Shown one piece after another: positions 25,855-37,291 of a stretch of 64,000 bases of DNA (position 1 is its first letter; every line of letters begins with the position of its first letter). The position numbers and the translations under genes were made by a program. The stretch is taken from contig CM022665.1 of assembly GCA_012295275.1 (NCBI GenBank), forward strand, positions 10,726,001-10,790,000, read 5' to 3'. Source of the DNA: Chrysomallon squamiferum (taxonomy: Eukaryota; Animalia; Mollusca). Under the pieces are notes generated by a model that saw only the letters and a list, made by a program, of their open reading frames with translations, was not told where the DNA came from and ran no database searches.

Positions 25855-28800
25855 CCTTCAGCTATGACCTGTAAAGGTTTAATCTAACAGCTATTACTTC
25901 CCTTTGACCAGGTGATGTGAAACTATTTTTTTAATAAACACTGGCTATTTTTTTCATACTGGTTGTCCATAAATTTATTTCATTTAACAAAATAATTTAA
26001 AATTAATATTTAGTGTTAGTCTTTTAAATGAGAATAGATAAAATATTAATTATTTATATATCTTGGGAAAAAAACACTAACAAAAATGCATTAAAAAATA
26101 TTAAAACCAAACTGATTCTCAGATTTTTATTATTTCCAATATTTTCAGGCTTTTTCATTCCTGGCTTTCCCAAACTAATGCGCTTCCAAGAGCATCATGA
26201 TGTTGTCATCAAGAAGTTTATTTCCAAGACAAGACGACATTTGGTTTGTTGTTTTACATTTGTTATAACTAGTGTGAGAGTTGTTGTCTCTGTTGAGAAT
26301 AAAACTTTGTCGAAATAGAGTTTAATTATAAAATTATGTAAATGTTTATCATCAGTTCCTGTTATTAGTTTAATATTTTTTATATCTGCTTTTGATTAAA
26401 TTTGATTTTATAAACAAATATTACCAAAACAGAGTGGCAATTTTAAAACAGTTCACATTTTTGTATGTGTGAAACAGATTAGGTAGGTATGAATAGGTTT
26501 CTTCTTTTGTTCATTCACTCAGTAAAAACTATTTAAATATTTAAATATAGTTTTTTTAATACATTTTGTTATCCCCTAAAGATTTGCAATAATGTTTATA
26601 AAGTATATAGTTATGCTGCTTTATTCATATTCACAAAATTAAGAAACTAATTTTTTTATTTATTTTTTAAACAGGAAAAGAATGAAATTTATCCAGCTTT
26701 GTACACAATCAAGTGGTTTTTGCAGTGCTTCCTGGACAGGGTTAGATGATATTTTCATTTTCATTATCATTATCATTATCATCATCATCATCATCATCAT
26801 TATGTCGTATCCCATTGTTGGACAGAGGCCTCAGCTTGTTGTTACCATGTTTCTGTCATGTGTTATCTTCTGCCAGTTGATATTTTCCAGTACTCATCCC
26901 TTTCATCCTTCCATCATCTCACTGGTCTTTCTCTGCATTATTTCCCTTCATATAGTTTCCAAGTGACAAATCATAATGTCCATCGGTTATTTCGTATTCT
27001 ACTGACATACCCTGCCCATAATCATTTATATAACTTAACTGTTAGCTCAAATTGTTCAGATTAAGGAATTTTTTTTAATAAAAGCATTCACTTTTCCTCC
27101 CAGAGCAATGATTTTGAAAATGTACATTAAGCAAATATTGAAAATAAATTTAGGTTCAGTGATGTTCAGTTATCTGTGTGAACAAATATTTCTTGCTGTT
27201 TTGCACAACAGTTCTTCTGTATGTGCCAAGGGTACTATTTCCTCATGAAGTTAGACTAGGGTATCTGTTATGGCATGTACTTCCTACTTCTGAACATGCA
27301 GTTTTCATGTCGGACACCTGAAAGATCTTACACAAAATGTGTTAGATATTGTTATTAAACACATACTGAGTCCTTTTTATAAGAAAAAATACCCAAAAGT
27401 AATTATTATTCAAACATAAAAGTTTAAGGTAAATATTATAAAATATTTAAAAATGTTTAGATTTTTTTTTAATTTGGTATGGTGCTGTATTTTGTAGACT
27501 CCATTTCATCTGACGTTACGACTGTGGGACATCTGGATGCTGGAAGGTGATCGTGTTCTCACAGCTATGGCTTATTGCATCCTCAAACTTCATCGACGTA
27601 CGTTTTAAAAAAAAAAAACCTCCACTTGGAGAAATTAAAAATATTGTAGAATAAAAGAAAACAAATTATGCTTCTGTTTTGCTTACAGTATGAACAATGA
27701 ATAGATATGTGCTGAAAATGTATTAAAATAGAAATACAAAAATTTTATTAATTTGTAAAATAAAGATTTTTTTTTAGCATTTAACTGGTTAAGAGAAAAA
27801 AAATAAACCTGATGCTTTTAGTGTACAAATAAATATTAATGCTGTAAAATATCATTGTTACTGCTTTGTAAATAGCTAGTATTGGTAGAACCATAATGTT
27901 ATAATCTATCTTGTGACTAGAATTTGTACGACCCCAAATCCAAATTACGTTATCTTTGACGCTAATATCTGAGATGTAAAAAATGCAAAATCAGACATCT
28001 TTATATGTTTGTACATCTAACAATATTCTTTCAACACAAAAAAACACAGCACATATGGCTTTGAATTTTATTGATATCTAGTTCAGTTGACTGCAATTTT
28101 TTCTCTTGATCATGAAATATCCTTAAAAATTAATAAATTTTGATCAATTTTTTTTTAATATTGACCTGTTACAGATTTTTTCATATACTGTGTTTAATCT
28201 GTTCAACATGTTTTTTGTTTTTTAACGATTCACTTGACTGTTTGATAAACATTTCCGTTAATTTTATTTTTAGGTCGCATTAATAAAATGCATGTAGATG
28301 ATCTTCTGACATTCTTCCAGACAACATTAGAGAAAGACTTTGTGTATGATGACGATGCTGTGATAGAGCAATTACAGATTTGCATGGAGGAATTGCGAAA
28401 AGGCCGAATGGATCTTCCACCAAAGCCTAAAATTAACGAAAGCCCAACACTTCCATTTGGACTGGACATTCAGCCCAGCATAGAGCAGATAGTTGGCAGG
28501 CGAACTGAGGAAACGATAGATGATCATTTTCGTCAGCAGCCTGTGCCTCGTTCAGGGAAAGCAGCGTATCTGAGAAAAAGACACCTCAATAACCTCAACA
28601 GTCCTGAACTCGGACACAGTTTGAGTGACACCCGGTCAGTGCATTCTAGTCGTTTGTCTGAATACTCCATAGATGACCAGTCGTCAGCTTACGACACCGC
28701 TGCCAATTCTCGAATGTCTCTGGTAGACTACAGCCGCAGGACGTCCACGCCCAGTTCATGCACATCGTATGCTGATGCATCTGAAGCAACAAGTTTGAAT

Positions 28801-29406
28801 CTGACTTTGAGTCGGCAGCATTTGGAACAGTCAGAGGATGTTCATCTTGATGATTCGTTTAATCATACTGTAGAATATGATCACATTGATCCTCCTCAGG
28901 CTTCTACTTCTGAGTTTCATCAGGTGCAGGAGCCATTACAAGCTGTGCAGATACTGAATGTTCACGTGGAACCGATGGAAGCAGAAACTAAACCTCCGTC
29001 AGACACATCGGAATACGACAACCTTAATGGTGTCAACGGCATTGAAGAACGACAAGAAAGCAACTCAGGAGAATTGCCTCTCAAACTAAGCAACTCGACA
29101 GATTTTGGAAATGTTCGTAATAACATTCCGATGAGCAAGTCGGATGGATATGTGTCGGTCAGTAATGATAGTGAAATGGTTGTGGTGAACGGGTTAGACG
29201 GCACTGTGACATCTCACATGAAGGTTGCAAGGACTGAGGATGAAATGAGTCATCTGCAGCATTCTGATTTGTCATACAGGCATTACGTAGATCAGCATAA
29301 TGGATTTCAGATAGAGAAACAGTACACACATCAAGTCACTCAGTCCACTACAACCAGAACACGAACTGTGCACAGCAAACAGTACATAGAAACAGTTTTA
29401 TTATGA
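14955..29406 (+). CDS. USP6NL: USP6 N-terminal-like protein (RN-tre), TBC-domain Rab GTPase-activating protein, 691 aa
   Basis: 13 coding exons: 14955-14958, 19634-19713, 20550-20635, 20992-21034, 21463-21543, 22082-22189, 22669-22778, 24696-24810, 25303-25357, 26149-26243, 26675-26740, 27498-27597, 28274-29406 (2076 nt, all GT-AG, in frame). Contains [57 protein letters not shown] (Arg finger), YCQGMS (Gln finger) and LRLWDI. The 4-nt first coding exon is the least certain part. Confidence 0.95.
16941..17004. repeat. (TG)n microsatellite
   Basis: Long dinucleotide run in a USP6NL intron. Confidence 0.95.
17455..17600 (+). mobile_element. Decayed SINE-like remnant with hairpin and hammerhead-like core
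   Basis: GGGAAGCA...CTTGC...CACAG, perfect 10-bp hairpin 17515-17538, then CTGATGAG-AGCCAACTGGC-ATTAAAAC...AGCTGT. Motif order resembles the conserved domain of Nin-type SINEs as recalled from memory. Confidence 0.45.
20060..20562 (+). repeat. Degenerate tandem duplication, about 90-100 bp unit, about 5 copies, ending at the exon 20550 acceptor
   Basis: ATAAAAATT(A/G)A...AGTTTC...TTGAATA recurs at about 20150, 20249, 20317 and 20493; GATTGCAG|GGCAGAGAGGAAG (20221) mirrors GGTTACAG|GGGCGAGAGGAAG (20542). Confidence 0.75.
25795..25854. repeat. (TC)n(TA)n microsatellite
   Basis: Perfect dinucleotide runs. Confidence 0.95.
26766..27030 (-). mobile_element. 5'-truncated RTE-clade LINE 3' end in a USP6NL intron
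   Basis: Minus strand gives a stop-interrupted [15 protein letters not shown]....K...RP.R.W.DE...W.....DR....EA.VQQW pattern typical of the RTE ORF C-terminus, followed by a (GAT)n tail. Confidence 0.85.
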
Positions 29407-29639
29407 GAACATCTTTTAGAACATTTATTTCTTGTACTAAAACTAATTTTACATTTTTTATGAGAGGTTTTTCTCTTCTTTTTCACATTGTTATTATAAA
29501 ACTGAAAACATAGGTGAGTTCTGAACAAAGAGAATTTCCATTTTTGCAGTTTTAGTAAGACTAACAGTTGTTAAACTATTACAGTTCAAATTTATATATA
29601 ATTGTGACATTTGAAACAAATGAAAACTTGATGCCTGTA

Positions 29640-30330
29640 TGGTAGGAAAACTGAAGAAAGAATAGATGATCATTTCAATTGACTGCTAGCACAATCTTCT
29701 GGGAAAGCAGTGTACTTGAGAAAAAATTATGTGAATGATTCTGACTTGTGACACAGTTTGAGAGACAGATGACCTGATGTCTTATGACACTGCTACTCTC
29801 ATTAAAGAACATGTCTGATAAACTGTTGGCACAGAATAGTGTTTAACTTCTGTGTGCTGATGATTATGACGTCTTTGAAACAGGCAGTGTTCTTCTTGAT
29901 AATGCATTTCATCATTTTGAAACATGGGATCACATTGGTCCCTCACAGCCATTACAGGCTGTACAGACACTGAATGTTCACTAGGAGTTCATGGAAATTT
30001 AAAAAGAAAAATCTGCAAAGAAGGGCTGAAGATGAAATTAGCTGACTTAATGTTAATCTAATTATCATACAGGCATTATACTTAAATCAGCAGAATGGAT
30101 TTCAGACAAAAAAAACGGTACTACACATACTGAAGTCACTTGGTCTACCCCAAACAACATAAAGGATGTTTATATCTTGCACATATGTTCATATCTTTGC
30201 AATTTCATGAAGAATTTTATCTACTTTTTTCTTATTTTTTTTCCATTTTATTACATAACACTGAAAATCAAGGCAAGTACTAAATAAAAATAATTTTCAT
30301 ACTGGAATTTATATAATGTTGTGAACCTAT
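29640..30330 (+). pseudogene. Decayed tandem duplicate of the USP6NL terminal exon (copy of about 28495-29590)
   Basis: Collinear blocks: GG(C/T)AGG..AACTGA.GAAA..ATAGATGATCATTT (28495/29641), GGGAAAGCAG(C/T)GTA, CTTA(C/T)GACAC(C/T)GCT, GATCACATTG, AGCCATTACA(A/G)GCTGT.CAGA.ACTGAATGTTCAC, TCATACAGGCATTA, ATCAGCA.AATGGATTTCAGA. Many deletions and stops. Confidence 0.85.
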
Positions 30331-33300
30331 TACAAATATATATATATATATATAAAGTGCTATAGATGTAGCTTATCATTAGAAGTACAATATTTGCAGT
30401 GATTATTGTTTATTTCATTGTGGTATTTATATGTGTATATTTGTGAGGAAATGTTTTTTTGATGGCACTTAAAAAGTACAGTGATTCTCGTGAAATAAAG
30501 TGAATAATAGTAAATTCATGATGATTTAGTTTGCAATAGTTAGTCATACTCAGAAAAACCTAAAGTGTAAAATTTAAGTGGTCTCATAATTCTGCTGGGT
30601 GTTTTTTTGTTGGTTTTTTCCCCGTTTTTATTTTTATTTTTATTTGTTTTTTGTTTGTTGTCTTTTTGTCTGGTAAACAAAAACAGAAACATCTCAAATT
30701 TTATCCTATAATGCTGCTATTGAATTGAATTTTCAAGTTAATAACTGTCTGATTTTATTCTATAACATAATACTGAATACATAAGATGACAACAAATAGA
30801 TAACTTTTAATGTGTATGGTTACTGTTTATCTCAAATGTATTATTGATATTTTACTACTGTACTAAAATTGTAAGATGCTGATTAACATCTAATTTTGAT
30901 CTATAATTTTACTACTAAATTGAATTAATAAGGGATAACAAATACATAACATTAATCTATATTCATAATACTGTTACTTAATAAAAGGATAAATAACTAA
31001 TTTTAACCTATGACTTTACAGTTCATATAAATTTCATGTTCAGTGACAATGATGTAGCTAACTGTTAGCTAAAAAAAATAGAAAAAAAGAAAAAAAAAAC
31101 TTAGTTCAATTTTTCAAAATCAATTGTTCAGGCTGTATATATTTCTTAGGTAGCCAGATGTGTTTAAAACATATTAGCCACAAACTGATATGCTGTATAT
31201 TTTGAAAGCCTGTAATACATAACTGAGTAGTGCAAATTGATTAGATGGCAATATATCTTGTGACTAGATCATTTAGAACTACCTATACATTTTTAATTTA
31301 ATTTTTATACATTTGTGTGTTTGTGTATGTGTGTTTGTGTGTGTTTATTTGTGTGTATACATACATTCATCAAGTAGTATTACTGGTGTGTATTTTCTTC
31401 AGAAGAAATCTTTACATATTTCATGGAGTTTCTTTTTTAAAAAAACATAACGGGTTTGTATTTATCAGTGTCCAGCAGTCACAGTAAATTTTGTTGTCTA
31501 CATTTTTCTGTGTTCTTGGTGCCAAGTATATGAAGAGTTGTGATCTGTGCATTACACTGTATAGCGTCTATTTATTAAACTGTTGTACAAAATTGCTTGT
31601 GTTTATCACTAACCTGTATGTAGCATAATAAAACACACATCATACCAGCACACTGCCAGGATTAATATTAGATGCAGTATCTTATTTTATGTATAGTCAC
31701 CTTGTTAAAAAAAGATTATCAAAGGCCTACCAAAACTCATTCTTAAATCGCCATTATTATGAGAATAAACCAAGTGTGCTAGTTGTTTTTTCACATGTGT
31801 ACTCCTCTTCTGCGGCATGTTACAGGCGTGTGTGGGTTTTAGTTACATGCCTCAATTTTTCACCTCTTCTTTATTTAACTCATCATTTCAGTGGGATCTA
31901 GATCTAGTTTGATTTGTTAGGATAGTTATAAATGTTTTTTTAATCTTGGTTTTTAAAAATGTGAACTTTTATCAACAAGTTATTTTAATAATTGTCAGTG
32001 TTACTAAGTTTGTGTTCCTGTCCGTACTAATAAAGTGTTGTTTTTTTTGTGGGGTTTTTTTTGCAGTTTTGTTTTTGCTTGCTTCATAATCTGTTAATTA
32101 AAATGTATAATTGAATTTTGAAAAGATATGAATTATTTTATTTTTATTTAATAACTGTTCAATCTTTTCATTTTCTTATTCTACTTCTTCTTTTTTATTA
32201 TTATTATTTAAAAAATAAAATAAATAAACGGCAAAAATGTTCAATAATTTTTTTTATAATAGTTCTGTGGACACAACTGTGTAAAAGTTGTTACTGTTAT
32301 TCTTATTATTAATTTATTATTTTTTATTTTGGAAGAGTGACTGCAGATACTGAAGTATAGTGTTCTTTTTTTTTAAATGTTTTTTTTGTTTTTTTTGTTT
32401 TTTGTCTCCAACATAGACATAACAAATGTGAAATACTTAGATTTGTAACTTTGTTATTGCTATGGACTGGTATGATAAAAAAAACCTTGTACAAATTTGG
32501 ATCCAAAACCTCATCCTGACCAAGAGAAAATGTAGGAAAGGCCTTGTACTTAATAACTCTTGTTTTAACTCAAAAAACAGTTTGGTTTTACAGTGAATAA
32601 TTATCATTATTTTTTATTTCGAAGTATGCAGAAACTAAACCATTATTTAATCATTTATCATTTTGTTTAAAGGCTTTACAATAACATTTGTATTTAATCG
32701 TTATTTAATTTACTAAGTGGTTTCATAACAGTTTGGATTTTTTTAAATATAGTATTAAATGTTATTTTGTGTGCTGGTGCCAATTTATTGAGTTGTCACC
32801 CATTTTGAATAAAATAAAATCAGGTGATAGACAGTAAATTAATAATACAAGAAATTCTGAACCTTGTGTACTGTAGATATTAAATTAACAACTAATAACC
32901 ATTTCACAAGTTTGTCACAAATATTGTGCATTTTTAAGTAAATTCTGTATATATTGAAATAACTAGTATATTCAGCAGACTAAAACATGTATATCTGGTT
33001 TCACTCAATCTTCAACATGTCTCTCTTTTTTTTCTATATATATATATATATATATATATCTAACAAGCCAAAGTGTACATTTTCATAAATAGTATAATTA
33101 TAAATTTTGATATGTTCAAAATTTCCTACATTATCAGTGCAAAGTAAACCCTGTATTTGGTTTATTTGTGCTGGTCACAGAATAAACCATAAGTAAAATA
33201 TATTTTAAAATGATTGTTGCTGTTTAGCAAAATACATTGTTATGATTGACTGAACTTTTTATAATGCACAATTAAATTATATATATTATGTATAGTGCAG

Positions 33301-36300
33301 TCATTTTATACTTGTGAATTGTATTTTAAAATGTGTGTATTGATGTGAATTAAATGTCTTACAGTCTCCGTTAAATTACCAGTGTTGTATGACAGTGTGG
33401 TATCACATAACATCATATTGTCATTTGATTTTGATTAGATTGGGAAAATGTCACAACTTTATTAAAAATTTTGGTTTCTGGCAACCATGTGCTTTCAGAC
33501 CATTACATACAAACATTTTCACAAATAATATAAATAAAAATCTATAATTTGTATCATTGTCACATGGACCCCCAAATGTGGTATTTTTGCCCTTGTCAAG
33601 GAAAGTTTTGGTTCAGAATATTTCGGAGTTTTATGATAACCAAAGCATGATTGTGCATGGGAACACTATCCTGTTATTTATTGATAGACAAAATTGGCTT
33701 TATACCTACCAGTGTTTTCTTTCTAAATACTATACAATATCTTTATAAAATTAACACAATAGCTTATACTGGATCCCTATTAGGCAATTATAACTGTGAG
33801 TTAAAGTTCATGTAAAGCTATAGAAATCAAATTGCCATGGCACTGTTATGACACATTCTAATGATAGCTTGGGGTTATTAATTATTCAAGTATTTAGTTC
33901 AGTATTGTTATCTATAGAAAGAGAATATTGTTTTTTGTTACTCTGCAAAATGGCCTGTTGTAGAGCCATGAAGCAGTCAATGCAGTGCATGCAGTAGTCG
34001 TGCAGCCATAGTGCATCCAGTTTGCATTTTGTTGGTAGAACTATGCAAATATTAGCATTTGATGCACACTTAGCTTTTTAATAATGTCTTGATCTATGCA
34101 TGTATGTGTGTTGTTTTTTTTAGTCTTACACAAATTTATACTCTTGAGTGTATTATTTACACAGTTATATTTTCTTTTTTTTTCTTTTTTTACATTATTG
34201 TAAAACTAATGAAAAGTGTTCATTAATTAGTGGTGTTTTTTTTTTTAATTTAATTTGGTTTTTTTTTTTTTTTTTTTTTTAAATATCACAAAGTATGTGT
34301 TCTTGTTACATGATTGTTGGTTATAGAAAATAATAGAATGCACTTTTTAACATTGCCATTTGTTAGTAAAAGTTCAGTCATGTTAACTGTTTCTAACAAC
34401 TAATTTCTGATAATTAAAAAAGAAAAATGAAGATGTTGAAACTCATGAATTGTGTATTGTTTAGATTCATATTTATAATTTTATTATACTGGATAAAACA
34501 TATTTTGAAAACTAACATTTACTTCTGGTATTTATCTTGGTAATTAAACAAATTAGTGTGTTGAAACGTGTATGGTGTAGAGTTATATTTATAAATTTTA
34601 TTCTGCTGGATAAACAGGGTCATACAGCATTAATTCAATAAATCATGTAAAATACAGTTAGAATGAGATTTTTGTTTTGATTTTATAATCATGCATACGG
34701 AAAATTATGTGCATGGAATGTACAAATATACATACAGCAATTGTAAATTTCAAAAATATATATCAAACATCTTGATGATCAAGATACTGTTAACCTTAGC
34801 ATAAATTTATTTTGTGTTTAATACTACTGTTTATAATACATACATAGTTATTAACTTCCATTGTTCCAGTACTTTCCAAAACATTTTTATTTTACTTCCA
34901 TTAGTAATAACATTATTTACCTTTCTCTGAGAGTGTCTCAGTTTATCTTTGCCACAAATGATTACTGTGTAATTTGTATTGTCTGTTAACAGATTGGTAT
35001 TCATTGTCTTGCTGGCCATTGCACTTATTATAAGCAGATTATACACCAGACTGTAATAAAACAGTGAATACACACAATGTCTTTGTTATTCTCCTATAAT
35101 TATATGTTACTTTGTTTTTCACATTCCAGTCAGTGCTGCACAGTGTACATATTGAAGAACTTGTCTGAAATAAGAAAAATCTAGACAAAGTGTACAATTC
35201 AAGAGTATGAAAAACTGCTAACAATAGTGATAAGATATATACAAGACTAGTTTACTTCCTTCTTTTATGTATCAGTTGGATCATCTTTCTGGTGTATGAA
35301 GTTGGAAATGTTTTAATTAATATTATTGTTACATAAGAAATGATTTATTCTGTAAAAAGGATCTCATCTGAAGATTTTAATATTTTTAAAGTTAGGATGC
35401 ATATCATGGAGATAATGAAGTAACATGTTCTTATAAGTTGTTCATTTTTGGATCACTTGGAATTTTAATGCTGATGGTGTCCTTTAAAACAAGATGAAAA
35501 ACAAAACAAAAAAACAAGAATTAAGCAATAAATTTTATTTTAAAAAGTATATGAAATACATGCACATGATAAATGTTAGAAAAAAACCCTAGAAAATGAT
35601 AGAAAAAAAAGTTAACTGCTCATAATAAAATAAAAACTATTCAATAAGCTTATCTTGATTATATTTTACAGAATATTAGAGAATATCTGAGTAGCACTAA
35701 TCTATTTGCATAATTAAAATTATAATTTCAAAATTGATTTGCATAATTAAATCTATAATTCTACATAACCTGATGTATATATTTTTAGCACCGCTGAACT
35801 ACTTGTTCCATTAAGATTACAAACTCATTTTAAAATAATAAAATATTATCAAAAGATTTCACATTTATTAAAATTAATATTAAAATGGAACAAAAACAGT
35901 AGAGCTAAAACAAAACTCCTTATAAAATGTATATGTGTTGACCTTAGAACATAGTACAGAATATGGTTCTAAGCAGCTAATGGATAAAAATATAAAAACA
36001 GCCTGGATACCAATAAAGAAATCTTAACACTATGTGGTTATAGTTAGGATTTTTCACAAGATAAAGTAATATATTTAATCTTCAGTTGGGAACAAACAAA
36101 AAATGAACAGAGATACAGAAATTAAATGTTCGTATTTAAATAAAAAAATGTTCTTGATTTCTAGCTCATCTGTAAACACATAACAATATGCTAGTGTTTT
36201 GTTCTTTTAATAGATTTTTCTAAACACAGAAACCTAACTGTAACCCATGTCTTGAATTATCAAACCAAATGAAAATAATGTAAGTATTATTAACTTGTGA

Positions 36301-37291
36301 TACAGTAACAAAAACAAAAAAAGAACAAAACAGAGCCATCAAGAGGGTGTATAAAATGCTATATGTATAATATTCCTAATACATAAAAAAACTATTTTTG
36401 TAAAAGGAAATTATAAAAAATTAAGCAAGGTAATATCAAACAGTACAGATCAAGATGTAAAACATGATGTGATAAAATGAGCTACTAAACTGTTTCAAAT
36501 TAAAACTTTCCAATAAAAAAAAAAAAATATTATGAATCAAATGAACAAAACATTAACAAAAACTGAATTCCATTTTAAGTTAGTTTAAAACATACTGATG
36601 TACTTTGCTATTGTACAATTTCCCTCCTGCATTATTATACAATTTTTTCTTTTTTTTCTTTTGTATAGCTGAACAATATGCCCAATAGTAGTAATACAAA
36701 ATTAAAACCTGGGCTATTATTTGTAATGTTGCATCCATAATAATATCCATTGTAACTATCCAAACTAAATTTACAATTAGTATTAAATTACCTTCTTACA
36801 CTTATTTGTTTTAAAAAAATAAATAAATAAATAAAAATTGTCACTGGCAAACATACCACAAAATGGAAAATATTTCCAAACCTCCATATAATAAATGCAT
36901 TATATCTGTTATGGTAGTAACTTATAAAATGCTTCATTATATTTGTTGACATTTTTCTTCAGATAGACATATCACATCTTTCATATGATTTACAAAAGTA
37001 AAACCATTATCTGACAAAACATTTTAAGCCACGTTTGGATCGTGCAAGGCAATAGCAGTGAAAATATAACTTTCCAGATATATTTTTTACTTTACAATAA
37101 TTCTCTGTCTAAACGCTCCATATAATTTTGCAAGATGTTATTGTTAACGAGTTGTCCTAAGTTTTATATATTTGCAGATTCAAATTATTATGATGGGTAT
37201 TAAAACAACTATAATAAATAAAAATGCTACCTTTAAATACAGTAAAACTTTCCTTCATAAACAAGTGAAAATATCAACTGTGTAACAATCT

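Noticed and set aside
28962-29204. Antisense ORFs over the USP6NL last exon (also 28230-28469)
   Set aside because: Shadow ORFs of a GC-richer coding exon; no independent splice or motif evidence.
33831-33843. RFX X-box-like palindrome TGCCATGGCA
   Set aside because: Isolated site in CpG-poor 3' intergenic DNA, not near a promoter.
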